Source: a virus
Taxonomy: Duplodnaviria > Caudoviricetes
Length of the DNA stretch: 64,000 bases
IMG/VR virus record: IMGVR_UViG_3300037067_004487
Coordinates: 697 to 64,696 of that record
Strand: one strand, 5' to 3'
The notes beneath the pieces are model-generated. The model searched no databases. It was not told the DNA's origin and saw only the letters and a program-made list of their open reading frames with translations. Shown piece by piece: positions 8,880 to 18,128 of the stretch; the first letter of the stretch is position 1; each line of letters begins with the position of its first letter. A program made the position numbers and the translations under genes.

Positions 8880-9500
8880 TCAGGAATCGTCTTCAGCTGA
8901 GGCGTTACCTCGACTCTTCACTGCACTTTGATCAGACACGCTACGTTTGATCTTTCGCTTCAAGATCGCCAGCCAGTCTTCAAAATCTTGAAAACTGTCC
9001 GGACTCAAGGTTTCTGGCCACTGAATGGTCACATCACCTTCAGTTAGTGCGAACACTTCTTGGCGCATTCCAACTCCTTTCTGCGCGAAGCCACCAGGGG
9101 TCACCATGAGGTTCAACGGCTTGGCCTGTTGAGCATCTGATGCCGTGGTCTGCTGCGCCAATTGTAGCGGCTTCACGTTTGCTGCAGCACTTTCCTCGTC
9201 GCTACTTGTATCCTCACGACCGTATTCGATATGCTTTTCTTCAGGTTCATGTCCATGAAGACCAGCAAAAAGCATGGACTTTTTGTAGTTCCCAAGGAAA
9301 GCGTCTACCGTACTATCGATGAAACCTTCCTGAAATATCAATGTAGACCGCGCCGATTGAGGCACATCCACACCCCAGTGATCCCAGCACATCTTGTAGG
9401 CCTTTGGGGATAGAAACGCATCCCTAAGTGCTTGTTTTCGTTCTTCTGACTCTTCTGTGTCCACCAAGATCCGATAAGCACGATCAGTGATCTTGATCAT
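8880..9500 (-). CDS. IS passenger protein of unknown function, possibly N-terminally truncated
   Basis: AT-richer ORF; probable start MIKITDRAYRIL; C-terminal EGDVTIQWPETLSPDSFQDFEDWL. Confidence 0.6.
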   Translation of the reverse strand: MIKITDRAYRILVDTEESEERKQALRDAFLSPKAYKMCWDHWGVDVPQSARSTLIFQEGFIDSTVDAFLGNYKKSMLFAGLHGHEPEEKHIEYGREDTSSDEESAAANVKPLQLAQQTTASDAQQAKPLNLMVTPGGFAQKGVGMRQEVFALTEGDVTIQWPETLSPDSFQDFEDWLAILKRKIKRSVSDQSAVKSRGNASAEDDS

Positions 9501-9809
9501 TTCTGAGTCAGCGGCCCCGGCGATTTCCCGCCGTAACCGGGGCGGAATAGAGAAAGCCCCCGTAGTGCACCCTCTTGACGGAAAGAGCACTACGGGGGCC
9601 GAGGCGGGTCACAGATGACCTAAACGACGCTGGCTTAAAGGCCTGCTGAAAGCGACCAGCAGTGTTGACGCACTGCTGGATTTGACGGCAACGTCTTCGT
9701 GGTCTTACCGACCCGTCAGCGCGCTTCCGTACCTCTCTATAGGCCTCTTCATTGTAGGCCAACGGGTGCTCGTCGGCAAGAAAGACCTCACTTGATTAAG
9801 GAGGCTGCC

Positions 9810-9938
9810 ATGCGCCGCTATACCAAAATCAAGAGCGTGTTTGTGCGCGCCTACCATCGGTTCCGTTTCGGCCGTTGAGAGAGCGTATGCCAGCACTGGC
9901 GCTCTCACCCGGGACAGCTTGAGCTGTTTCCGTTCTAA
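9810..9938 (+). pseudogene. IS-borne micro-ORF with in-frame TGA
   Basis: AAGGAGG SD; MRRYTKIKSVFVRAYHRFRFGR*ESVCQHWRSHPGQLELFPF. Confidence 0.5.
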
Positions 9939-10132
9939 CTGGATTTAGCACCTTTCCCACCCCGAGCACGACTCGGTGGTGGGTTTTTTGCGCCACTTTT
10001 CCTCATTACTGATAGAGCCTTGTCGAAGCTTACGCCTGACTCATCCGCCCCAAGTTCTTTGGCGGTCTCGATGAACCGTCTCGATTGCTCTTCACCATCG
10101 GTGGGTCGCTTCGGTTGTTTGGGTTTCGTCAT
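9935..10132 (-). CDS. Small IS1595-associated protein
   Basis: EQSRRFIETAKELGADESGVSFDKAL, directly downstream of the transposase. Confidence 0.65.
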   Translation of the reverse strand: MTKPKQPKRPTDGEEQSRRFIETAKELGADESGVSFDKALSVMRKSGAKNPPPSRARGGKGAKSS

Positions 10133-10160
10133 GCGCTCGCGCTTTCGATGACGGTTTTCG

Positions 10161-11099
10161 TCAATGAGTTCTTCGGTAGCTTAGACGCTTGCCACGCACC
10201 CCCATGAGCAGGTTTTCGGCACGCTGCATGTCATCCACGCCAAGCGCCTTGCGATTGTTGTAGCGGAAGTCGAATTCTGCAAGGTAGCGGTTTAGATGGT
10301 TGTGACCGCAGTGCTGGTAGACGCCCTTCATGCCGCGTTTGAACACCGAGAAGAATCCTTCGATGGTGTTGGTATGGATGCTCGGATCGGCGGCGTTCAC
10401 GTACTCGCCCCGGCCATGGCTGGTAAAGGCGTGGCTCGCGAAGTGCTCGCCAATGCGCTTGTACTGTCCGGCTTCGTCGGTGAGGATACGGGCTTCGCGG
10501 GCGACGTTGGCCTGAATTATTGGGATCAAGGTCGCTGCCTTGAGGTCGTCCACGACCAGTGAGCGAGCCTTGCCAGAGTCACGATCCACCAACGACAGCA
10601 CCTTGTTCTTGTGCTCGTAGCCACGACCTTTCTTGACCCCGCGCGGCTTTTTCGCCTTGTCGTGGCCGATGAAGGTTTCATCCACTTCCACATCACCGCC
10701 GCCGGAACCGAACACTTCCAACTCGTTGTCGCGCATCGCCTCGCGGATGCGGTGGCTCATGAACCAGGCCGACTTGAGAGTGATGCCAAGCGTACGGCTC
10801 AGTTGGTTGGAGCTGACGCCTTTCTTGGACGAGGCAATCAGAAAGATGGCCTGCAGCCATAGGTGCAGCTTGATGTGACTGGATTCAAAGATGGTTCCAA
10901 CCTTGACGGTGAAGGGCTTGCGGCAGTCGTAGCACTTCCAGACGCCGATCCGGGTGGAGGCGCCTTGCAGCTTGCCGGCGCGGCCCATCACGCCACAGTG
11001 TGGGCAAACCGTACCGTTCGCCCACAGCTTGCCCTCTACGAATTCGTAGGCGGCTTCTTCAATGTGAAAGAACGGCTGAGATAGGATTGATTGCGACAT
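10161..11099 (-). CDS. tnp: IS1595-family DDE transposase
   Basis: Zn ribbon CPHCG..CYDCRKPFTVKVGTIFESS; VEVDETFIG, ILTDE, HTNTIEGFFSVFKRG, YLAEFDFRYN. Confidence 0.93.
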   Translation of the reverse strand: MSQSILSQPFFHIEEAAYEFVEGKLWANGTVCPHCGVMGRAGKLQGASTRIGVWKCYDCRKPFTVKVGTIFESSHIKLHLWLQAIFLIASSKKGVSSNQLSRTLGITLKSAWFMSHRIREAMRDNELEVFGSGGGDVEVDETFIGHDKAKKPRGVKKGRGYEHKNKVLSLVDRDSGKARSLVVDDLKAATLIPIIQANVAREARILTDEAGQYKRIGEHFASHAFTSHGRGEYVNAADPSIHTNTIEGFFSVFKRGMKGVYQHCGHNHLNRYLAEFDFRYNNRKALGVDDMQRAENLLMGVRGKRLSYRRTH

Positions 11100-11180
11100 G
11101 ACGTTTGCCCCTTGGGGGCGCCAAGTATCGGCGATCCATCTGGGTACGTCAAGTACAACATCGCGTTTCTTTTGCCCAGC

Positions 11181-11218
11181 ATAGGGTTGGACTGGCCACG
11201 GCCATTTCAAGACACTGG
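11181..11218 (+). promoter_or_regulatory. Putative late promoter, copy 1 (terS region)
   Basis: ATAGGGTTGG-N20-GACACTGG; ATG at 11223. Confidence 0.65.
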
Positions 11219-11222
11219 ACAA

Positions 11223-11861
11223 ATGGCAAAAGTGAATGCAGGAACCGTGCCAGGCCCAAAGAAGAAGGCGCCGGGCAAAGCTGTGCCCGACTGGGAGAGG
11301 ATCGAGCTGGATTACCGCGCGGGCGTGAAGACGCTCAGGCAGATCGCCGACGAGCGAGAGGCCATCTTCTCCCACGAGAAGGCGAAGCACGGGACGGAAT
11401 ACGACCTGGTGCGCCAGTTCTTGGAGTCGCACCACGCGGGGCTATTCGATGAGATGCTTCCATGCGAGTCCGCCGCAGACACCGTTGTGACGGAGTATGC
11501 GTTCAGGCACGGGCGGGCGGACATCATTCTGTTCCATACAGATGGAACCGCCACGATCATCGAGGCCAAGGACGGCCAAAGGGGCTACACCAACGTGGTG
11601 GCGGGAATCGGCCAGTGCAGCCTATACGCGGCCCAACTTGCCGCAAAACCGGGAGTTGTTCGGGCCGTGCGCCGCGCGCTCATGTGGACAAGCGTGGGCA
11701 ACGTCGATGGCGACGCGAAGATCGAAGAGGCGTGCGAGATTGCTGGCGTCATCCCGCTTCCATATCCCTCCATGCGGATGCTGATGGCGACTCGCATGGC
11801 ATCTGAGAGGGTGATTGCGCGCGCAAAAGGCGCTTCGGAGGTCGATCATGGCTGCGCCTAA
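11223..11861 (+). CDS. Chimera: TerS-like N-terminal HTH fused to a PD-(D/E)xK nuclease
   Basis: PDWERIELDYRAGVKTLRQIADE, then EY..GRADII..IIEAK..GIGQCSLY. Confidence 0.7.
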   Translation: MAKVNAGTVPGPKKKAPGKAVPDWERIELDYRAGVKTLRQIADEREAIFSHEKAKHGTEYDLVRQFLESHHAGLFDEMLPCESAADTVVTEYAFRHGRADIILFHTDGTATIIEAKDGQRGYTNVVAGIGQCSLYAAQLAAKPGVVRAVRRALMWTSVGNVDGDAKIEEACEIAGVIPLPYPSMRMLMATRMASERVIARAKGASEVDHGCA

Positions 11862-12528
11862 AAAGATCGACTACGAGCGCATCGAGCCAGGCTGGAGAGC
11901 TGGGCTTCTCAGCCCGCACCAGCTCGCGGCTGCATACACGGAAGAGACCGGGCAGAAGGTATCTCACGCCGCGATCATCAAGCACTTCAAGAAGGCTGGA
12001 ATAGCCCGCGACCTGTCGGCCAAGATACGTGACCGCGCCGAAGCGATGGTTACAGAGGCGATGGTTACAGGCAAGGTTACACCGAGACAGACCATCCCTG
12101 ATGCAACGCTGATTGAGGAAGGTTCCACGCAGGTGGCCACGGTTCGCTTGGCGCATCGCAAGGACATTCACCGTGCCCGCCGCCTCACGAATGCCCTGCT
12201 CGACGAGCTGGAGCGTCAGACCGATCCGGAGACCGTCGCGCTTCTGAGCGAGTTTGGCGCTCTGATGCGAAACCCGGACGACAAGGGCGCCGACAAGCTC
12301 AACGATCTCTACCACGCCATCATCAGCCTGCCCGAGCGCTCGAAGACGCTGAAGGTGCTCACCGAGAGCTTGCAGAAGCTGGTGGACATGGAGCGCCAGG
12401 CGTTCGGCATGGACAAGGATCAGCCCAAGAGCGCGGACGCGCTGACAGACCTGCTGATGCGGATCAGCAATGGCAGCGGCAGCGGGATCAAGCCGGTGGC
12501 CACTGACCCGGAGCGTGACGATGACTAA
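11848..12528 (+). CDS. terS: Terminase small subunit
   Basis: IDYERIEPGWRAGLLS..VSHAAIIKHFKK..RDLSAKIR; C-terminal ERQAFGMD; GGAGG SD; upstream of terL. Confidence 0.8.
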   Translation: MAAPKKIDYERIEPGWRAGLLSPHQLAAAYTEETGQKVSHAAIIKHFKKAGIARDLSAKIRDRAEAMVTEAMVTGKVTPRQTIPDATLIEEGSTQVATVRLAHRKDIHRARRLTNALLDELERQTDPETVALLSEFGALMRNPDDKGADKLNDLYHAIISLPERSKTLKVLTESLQKLVDMERQAFGMDKDQPKSADALTDLLMRISNGSGSGIKPVATDPERDDD

Positions 12529-13222
12529 TGCCGTGGCTGGATTGATCTACTACATCCGAAGCAGCGCCACAGGTCGCGTCTATGTTGGATCGACAACAAG
12601 GCAGGCAAAGCAGCGCTGGGCTGAGCACCTGCACTACCTGCGCAAAGGGACGCATCACTCGAAGCACATGCAGCGCGTCTACGCCAAATATGGGGAAGCC
12701 GACCTGCAGTTCAGTGTTGAACTGAGGCACGAAGGCCCTGAGCCACTGCTGACTATTGAGCAACAACACATCGACCTATTCATTGGTCGCTGCATGAACG
12801 GAGTCCCGGTATCAGATTCAATCTACGCGGCTCATGCGGCAAACCGTGGCCGCGTAATGAGTGTCGAGGAAAAGGCTAGGCGTTCCGAATCAGCGAAGAA
12901 GGCAATTTCAGAGGGGCGATCCATTCGAGCGCCATGGAGCAAAGAGCGCAGGGCTGCGCACTCGATTCGTCTCACTGGCCGAAAAATGCCGAAGGTGTCA
13001 CAGGATGCCCGGAGCAACATCAGTGCAGGACTGCGCATGATGCACGCTCGGAACGGCACTTCCGCTAAGCCAAAAGGCCCAGATCAGCGCAACGCATTCG
13101 TGGCCGCCGAATCGGCCACCTGGCGCGCCATGGCTGCGCAAGGGAAGAGCTTCCGAGAGATTGAGCGCATTACCGGCCACAGTCGTCGAGTGATCGCCAG
13201 GGCGTGCAAGGAGGCCGCGTGA
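12521..13222 (+). CDS. GIY-YIG homing endonuclease
   Basis: LIYYIRSSATGRVYVGST..RWAEH..EQQHI; C-terminal HTH. Confidence 0.88.
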   Translation: MTNAVAGLIYYIRSSATGRVYVGSTTRQAKQRWAEHLHYLRKGTHHSKHMQRVYAKYGEADLQFSVELRHEGPEPLLTIEQQHIDLFIGRCMNGVPVSDSIYAAHAANRGRVMSVEEKARRSESAKKAISEGRSIRAPWSKERRAAHSIRLTGRKMPKVSQDARSNISAGLRMMHARNGTSAKPKGPDQRNAFVAAESATWRAMAAQGKSFREIERITGHSRRVIARACKEAA

Positions 13223-14817
13223 TGGCCACCACCAACCACGTTCGCGCCGACCTTCTTCCGACCAACGAAGAGGAACTGGCCGTGTTTTTGGCCAGCCCGG
13301 AAAAACGTCTATTCAGTGGGGCGCTCTACAAAATTATGGTCAAGGGCGAGGGCGAAGACGGCGAAGAGTTCTCGATCCCGTTCAAGCCCAACCGCGCTCA
13401 ACGCCGATTCATCCGCCGCCTGTGGCATCGCAACATCATCCTGAAAGCCCGTCAGCTCGGGTTCACGACGCTGATTGCGATCCTCTGGCTCGACCACGCG
13501 CTTTTCACGGCAGACCAGCGCTGCGGCATCATCGCCCAGGACAGAGAGGCGGCCGAGGCCATCTTCCGGGACAAGGTGAAGTTCGCCTACCAGAACCTGC
13601 CCGACGAGATACGCGAGCGCTTCCCACTGGCCAGAGACAGCGCGAGCGAGCTGCTTTTCGAGCACAACAACAGCAGCGTGCGCGTGGCCACGTCGATGCG
13701 CTCGGGCACGATTCACCGGCTGCACGTCTCGGAGTTCGGCAAGATTTGCGCCCGCTACCCGGACAAGGCCAAGGAGGTCATGACCGGCAGCATTCCTGCC
13801 GTGCCACTGTCGGGCATCCTGGTGATTGAATCGACCGCCGAGGGCGCGAGCGGCGAGTTCTACGACTTGTCCAAGCGCGCCGAGGCACTGCACGGCACAA
13901 AGCAGCGCCTGACTGAGCGCGATTACCGATTTCACTTCTACGCTTGGTGGCAGGAGCCCGGCTACCGCATGGATTCGCGCGCGGTTGTGGTCTCTCAAGA
14001 GGATCACGATTACTTCGATGCGCTGGAGGTGGAGATCGGCAGCAAGATCGACCCAGACCAGCGGGCGTGGTATGTGGCGACGCGAGACGCGGACTTCCCC
14101 GGCAGGCCGGAGCGCATGTGGCAGGAATACCCCAGCACACCAGCCGAGGCGTTCCAGCAGTCCACCGAGGGCCACTACCTCACGAAGACGTTGCAGCACA
14201 TCACCAAGGAAGGCCAGATCACGGCTGTTCCGGTGCTGGATATGCCCGTCTACACCTTCTGGGACATCGGCAACAGCGACGGCACGGCCATCTGGTTCTT
14301 GCAGTCGCTGCGCGGCGAAGACCGGGCCATCGGCTACTACGAAGAGCACGGCGAAGACCTACGCCACTACGCCAGGCACTTGCAGGAGCGCGGCTTTGTC
14401 TACGGCGGCCACTTCCTGCCGCACGACGCCGATCACAAGAAGCTGTCGGACTACAACCGCAGCACGAAGGAGCTGCTCATGGCGCTGCTGCCAGGCCAGC
14501 GCTTCGTGGTTGTCCCGCCGATCACCCAGCTATCGACGGGCATCAGCACCCTGCGCAAGCACATGAAGGGCTTGTGGATCGACAAGGAGCGCTGCGCTCA
14601 CGGGATCGAGCGGCTGCGCGGCTACCGCAAGAAGTGGAGCCAGAGCTTGGGCAAGTTCATCGACGAGCCGGACAAGGCGAACGGATGCAGTGAAGGCGCC
14701 GATGCGCTTCGGCAGTGGGCGCAAGCGAAGGAGCTTGGCCTATATGCCCCGACAGACGACGGCTTTGCTACGGCCAGCAGCTACGCCGAGCCACCGGAGC
14801 CAGATTGGAGAGCATGA
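13222..14817 (+). CDS. terL: Terminase large subunit
   Basis: ILKARQLGFTT (Walker A), LHVSEFG (Walker B), IESTAEG, nuclease FWDIGNSD. Confidence 0.95.
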   Translation: MATTNHVRADLLPTNEEELAVFLASPEKRLFSGALYKIMVKGEGEDGEEFSIPFKPNRAQRRFIRRLWHRNIILKARQLGFTTLIAILWLDHALFTADQRCGIIAQDREAAEAIFRDKVKFAYQNLPDEIRERFPLARDSASELLFEHNNSSVRVATSMRSGTIHRLHVSEFGKICARYPDKAKEVMTGSIPAVPLSGILVIESTAEGASGEFYDLSKRAEALHGTKQRLTERDYRFHFYAWWQEPGYRMDSRAVVVSQEDHDYFDALEVEIGSKIDPDQRAWYVATRDADFPGRPERMWQEYPSTPAEAFQQSTEGHYLTKTLQHITKEGQITAVPVLDMPVYTFWDIGNSDGTAIWFLQSLRGEDRAIGYYEEHGEDLRHYARHLQERGFVYGGHFLPHDADHKKLSDYNRSTKELLMALLPGQRFVVVPPITQLSTGISTLRKHMKGLWIDKERCAHGIERLRGYRKKWSQSLGKFIDEPDKANGCSEGADALRQWAQAKELGLYAPTDDGFATASSYAEPPEPDWRA

Positions 14818-14818
14818 A

Positions 14819-17086
14819 ATGGACATTCAGACCGCAGACGCCTACACAGACGCTGGCCCGATGCGCATCGACGAGTATGCGCAGATCGTGCGCGAGATCG
14901 CCAACCAGCCGCCGTGGCGCGCCCAGGCTGACAAGGAGGCCGACTACGCCGACGGCAACCAGCTTGACACCGACCTGCTGCGCCGAATGCGCCAGCTCGG
15001 GATGCCGCCCGCGAAAGAGAACGTCATCACCCCGGCTATCGCGGCTGTATGCGGCTACGAGGCCAAGACCCGCACGGACTGGCGCGTGACGCCGGACGGC
15101 GAGCCGCAGAGCAAGGACATCGCCGACGCGCTGAACTACAAGCTGAACCAGGCCGAGCGGCACAGCAAGGCCGACAAGGCCATCAGCAAGGCGTTCAAGG
15201 CGATGGTGACGACCGGGATAGGCTGGATCGAGGTCGCGCGCGCGCCGAACTCGCTCGACTTCCCCATCAAGTGCCGCTACGTTCACCGCAATGAAATCTG
15301 GTGGGACATGCGCTCAACGGAGCTTGATCTGTCGGACGCGCGCTGGCTGCGCCGCCGCCGCTGGGTGGACAAGGCCAAGGCCGCGCGCCTGTTCCCGGAG
15401 CACAAGGAGCTGCTGATGCGCTCGCTTGCTGGCTGGATGACGGACGAGGCGGACACGCTGGACGGCGGCACGTCAACCCGGCTGATGAATGCATGGGACG
15501 CCGAGCGCGCATGGACGCAGATTGAGGACGCATGGTTCAACACGGAAAACCGAACCGTGGCCATCGACGAACTTTGGTATCGCCGCTGGGATAAGCGTGT
15601 GATGCTGAAGATCAAGGGCGGGCGCGCGGTGGAGTTCGACGAGAACAGCATGGCGCACCAGGCCGCCGTGATGGCCGGGCAGGCGACGCTGGTGGAAGAG
15701 GTCATCCCCACGGTGCGCCGCGCGTATTGGGTGGGGCCGCACTGTCTGCACGACGACGAGAGCCCGTATCCGCACCGGCATTTCCCCTACGTGCCCATGT
15801 TCGGGTATCAGGAGGACATGACGGGCATTCCCTACGGCATTGTGAGGGACATGCTTTTCCCGCAGGACAACCTGAACAGCACGATTTCCAAGCTGCGCTG
15901 GGGCATGGCTTCGGCCCGCACGGAGCGCACCAAGGGCGCGGTGGCGATGACGGACGACCAGTTCCGCCGCATGATCGCCCGCGTAGACGCCGACGTGGTG
16001 CTTGATCCGACGCACATGGCGCAGCCGGGCGCGCGCTTCGAGGTCAAGCGCGACTTCCAACTGTCAGACCAGCAGTTCCAATTGATGAACGACTCGCGCA
16101 TGGCGGTGCAACGCGTGTCGGGCGTGACGGATGCCTTCCTGGGACAGGCCGGGACAGCCACGAGCGGCTTGCAGGAGCAGACGCAGCTTGAGCAGTCGCA
16201 GGTGTCGCTGGCTGATCTGATGGATCAGGCGCACGAGGCGCGCACGCAGGTGGGCGAGCTGATCATGGCCCTCTTGATCGAGGACATGGGCAAAGACCCG
16301 CAGCAGATCATCATCGAGGGCGACGTGCTCAATCCGCCGCGCACGGTCAACCTGAACGTGGTGGAGTTCGATCCGGCAACTGGCGTGCGATACCTGAGCA
16401 ATGACATCCAGCGCGCCAGGCTCACGGTGGCGCTGGACGACGTGCCGACTTCGAGCGGGTTCCGCGCGCAGCAGCTCAACGCCCTGACCGAGGCCACGAA
16501 GTCGGCGCCGCCCGAGCTTCAGAACGTGATCCTGCCCTACATGGTGCACATGATGGACTTACCCAAGAAGGAGGACATTGTTCAGGCGGTGATGCAGGCC
16601 AAGCAGCAGGCCGACCCGGAGCAGATCAGGGAGCAGGTCAAGCAGGAGCTGATGCACGACCTCAAGGAGCGCGAGCTTGCCATCCGCGAGCGCGAGATTG
16701 CGGCCAGGGAGCGGCTGATGCAGGCGCAGACGGTGCAGACGGGCGTGACTGGGGCTTTTGCAGCCACCCAAGCTGCCGAGAAGGTGGCGATGCAGCCACT
16801 TATCGCACCGGTGGCCGACGTGATTCTCCAAGGAGCTGGGTACAGGAAACCTACACCCGAAGGCCAAGACCCGAACCTACCCGGCCCCGGAGCAATGCCC
16901 GCCCCGGCTGGCGGCGTTCAGCCCCAGGCATCCATGGGAGGCGAGCCTGGGGATACGTCACCACTGACGCCGAGCAATCCAGCCGCAGATGCTATGCCAG
17001 TTGGTGAGGATGGTTTCGCTACAGCGCTTCCTCATAGCCCGGCGGAAGGCGCGGGACGCGGTATCGAGACGCTTAGAGCGGACTGA
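14819..17086 (+). CDS. P22-like portal protein
   Basis: FPYVPMFGY..PYGIVRDMLFPQDNLN; C-terminal coiled coil; follows terL. Confidence 0.9.
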   Translation: MDIQTADAYTDAGPMRIDEYAQIVREIANQPPWRAQADKEADYADGNQLDTDLLRRMRQLGMPPAKENVITPAIAAVCGYEAKTRTDWRVTPDGEPQSKDIADALNYKLNQAERHSKADKAISKAFKAMVTTGIGWIEVARAPNSLDFPIKCRYVHRNEIWWDMRSTELDLSDARWLRRRRWVDKAKAARLFPEHKELLMRSLAGWMTDEADTLDGGTSTRLMNAWDAERAWTQIEDAWFNTENRTVAIDELWYRRWDKRVMLKIKGGRAVEFDENSMAHQAAVMAGQATLVEEVIPTVRRAYWVGPHCLHDDESPYPHRHFPYVPMFGYQEDMTGIPYGIVRDMLFPQDNLNSTISKLRWGMASARTERTKGAVAMTDDQFRRMIARVDADVVLDPTHMAQPGARFEVKRDFQLSDQQFQLMNDSRMAVQRVSGVTDAFLGQAGTATSGLQEQTQLEQSQVSLADLMDQAHEARTQVGELIMALLIEDMGKDPQQIIIEGDVLNPPRTVNLNVVEFDPATGVRYLSNDIQRARLTVALDDVPTSSGFRAQQLNALTEATKSAPPELQNVILPYMVHMMDLPKKEDIVQAVMQAKQQADPEQIREQVKQELMHDLKERELAIREREIAARERLMQAQTVQTGVTGAFAATQAAEKVAMQPLIAPVADVILQGAGYRKPTPEGQDPNLPGPGAMPAPAGGVQPQASMGGEPGDTSPLTPSNPAADAMPVGEDGFATALPHSPAEGAGRGIETLRAD

Positions 17087-17160
17087 CATAAAATAGGCGA
17101 GCCCACAAAGGACGGCAATCCGATGCGGGCTCTAACCAATCAGACTGATAAGGAGTCGTC

Positions 17161-17886
17161 ATGGCTGACCATGATCTTACCGCAGCAGACCTGAAAAAAT
17201 GCTCGCGCTGCGGGATAGAAAAACCAAGACCCGAGTTCTATAAGTGCGCCGCGTGCAAGGACGGCTTGCGCGGAGAGTGCAAGCGGTGCGTGGCCGCCAA
17301 GCAGAGCGTCTACAACGAGAAGAACGCCGACAAGATCAGCGCGCAGAAAAGGAGATACCGGTCGGAGAACCTGGAGTCTATTCAAGAGGCGAAGCGTGCG
17401 TACTATCTTAGGAACTCCGATCGCATCAAAGAAAAAACAAGACGCCGCGAGCTTGAAAAACCCGATGAAGTTCGCGAGGCGCATAGAGCCTATCGAAGGA
17501 AGAACGCAGCGAGTATCGCCGAGCGGATGCGCCTGTATTGGCAGCAGAACTCCAGCAAATTTAGAGAAAAGAAAAAACGGTACTACCAAGAGAACAAATC
17601 GCGCCTTCAGCCAGGGCGCAAGGCTGCCAAGGCGCGCAGAAGAAACGCCGCTGGATCGGTCGTGAAAGCGGATGTGGTCTGGCTGCTTGAGATGCAGCGA
17701 TGGAAATGCGCCGTGTGCGCGCAGAGCATCAAGAAAGGCGGCTACCACCTTGACCACATCATGCCCCTGGCCAGAGGCGGGACGAATCATCGGGAAAACC
17801 TTCAGGTCTTGTGCCCAGCCTGCAACCTCTCGAAAAGCGCGAAACACCCGGTAGATTTCATGCAGCAGCGAGGAATGTTGCTGTAG
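17161..17886 (+). CDS. HNH homing endonuclease
   Basis: KCSRC..CKRC; CAVC..YHLDHIMPLARGGTNHRENLQVLCPACNLSK. Confidence 0.92.
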   Translation: MADHDLTAADLKKCSRCGIEKPRPEFYKCAACKDGLRGECKRCVAAKQSVYNEKNADKISAQKRRYRSENLESIQEAKRAYYLRNSDRIKEKTRRRELEKPDEVREAHRAYRRKNAASIAERMRLYWQQNSSKFREKKKRYYQENKSRLQPGRKAAKARRRNAAGSVVKADVVWLLEMQRWKCAVCAQSIKKGGYHLDHIMPLARGGTNHRENLQVLCPACNLSKSAKHPVDFMQQRGMLL

Positions 17887-17938
17887 CCCTCCACGCTCAT
17901 AGGCCCGCCTCGTGTGGGCTTTTTTCTGGCCGCCCGGT

Positions 17939-17976
17939 ATAGGGTTTGATCCTCAAGGCGGGTTTTCGGACACTGG
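17939..17976 (+). promoter_or_regulatory. Putative late promoter, copy 2 (head genes)
   Basis: ATAGGGTTTG-N20-GACACTGG. Confidence 0.65.
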
Positions 17977-18128
17977 ATTCCAAGCCAGGCGCGCGAGCAA
18001 ATGGCGATGCCGCACCCTCGGGATGAGGGCGCACCTTCCCGCCGATGGAGCATGCGGGACGAGGGCTCAGGCCCTTGTTCCCGATCATGCGAACGGCGCT
18101 CAAGGGCCGGATGGCCCAAGGAGCACGA

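Larger units (their letters stand above)
8789..11165 (-). mobile_element. IS1595-family element (about 2.4 kb) with passenger genes
   Basis: 24-bp terminal IRs CGCGGTGTTGTACTTTACGTACCC (8789-8812) and its reverse complement with 2 mismatches (11142-11165) enclose an ISXO2-type transposase and cargo; no direct target duplication seen. Confidence 0.85.

Noticed and set aside
9508-9762. Frameshifted N-terminus of the IS cargo gene
   Set aside because: The product is not protein-like and spans a strong hairpin (9556-9599); more likely non-coding.
1992-9938. Genome-wide TGA recoding suggested by two small ORFs with internal TGA
   Set aside because: Many core genes end in TGA with ATGA/TGATG coupling, and no suppressor tRNA is present.
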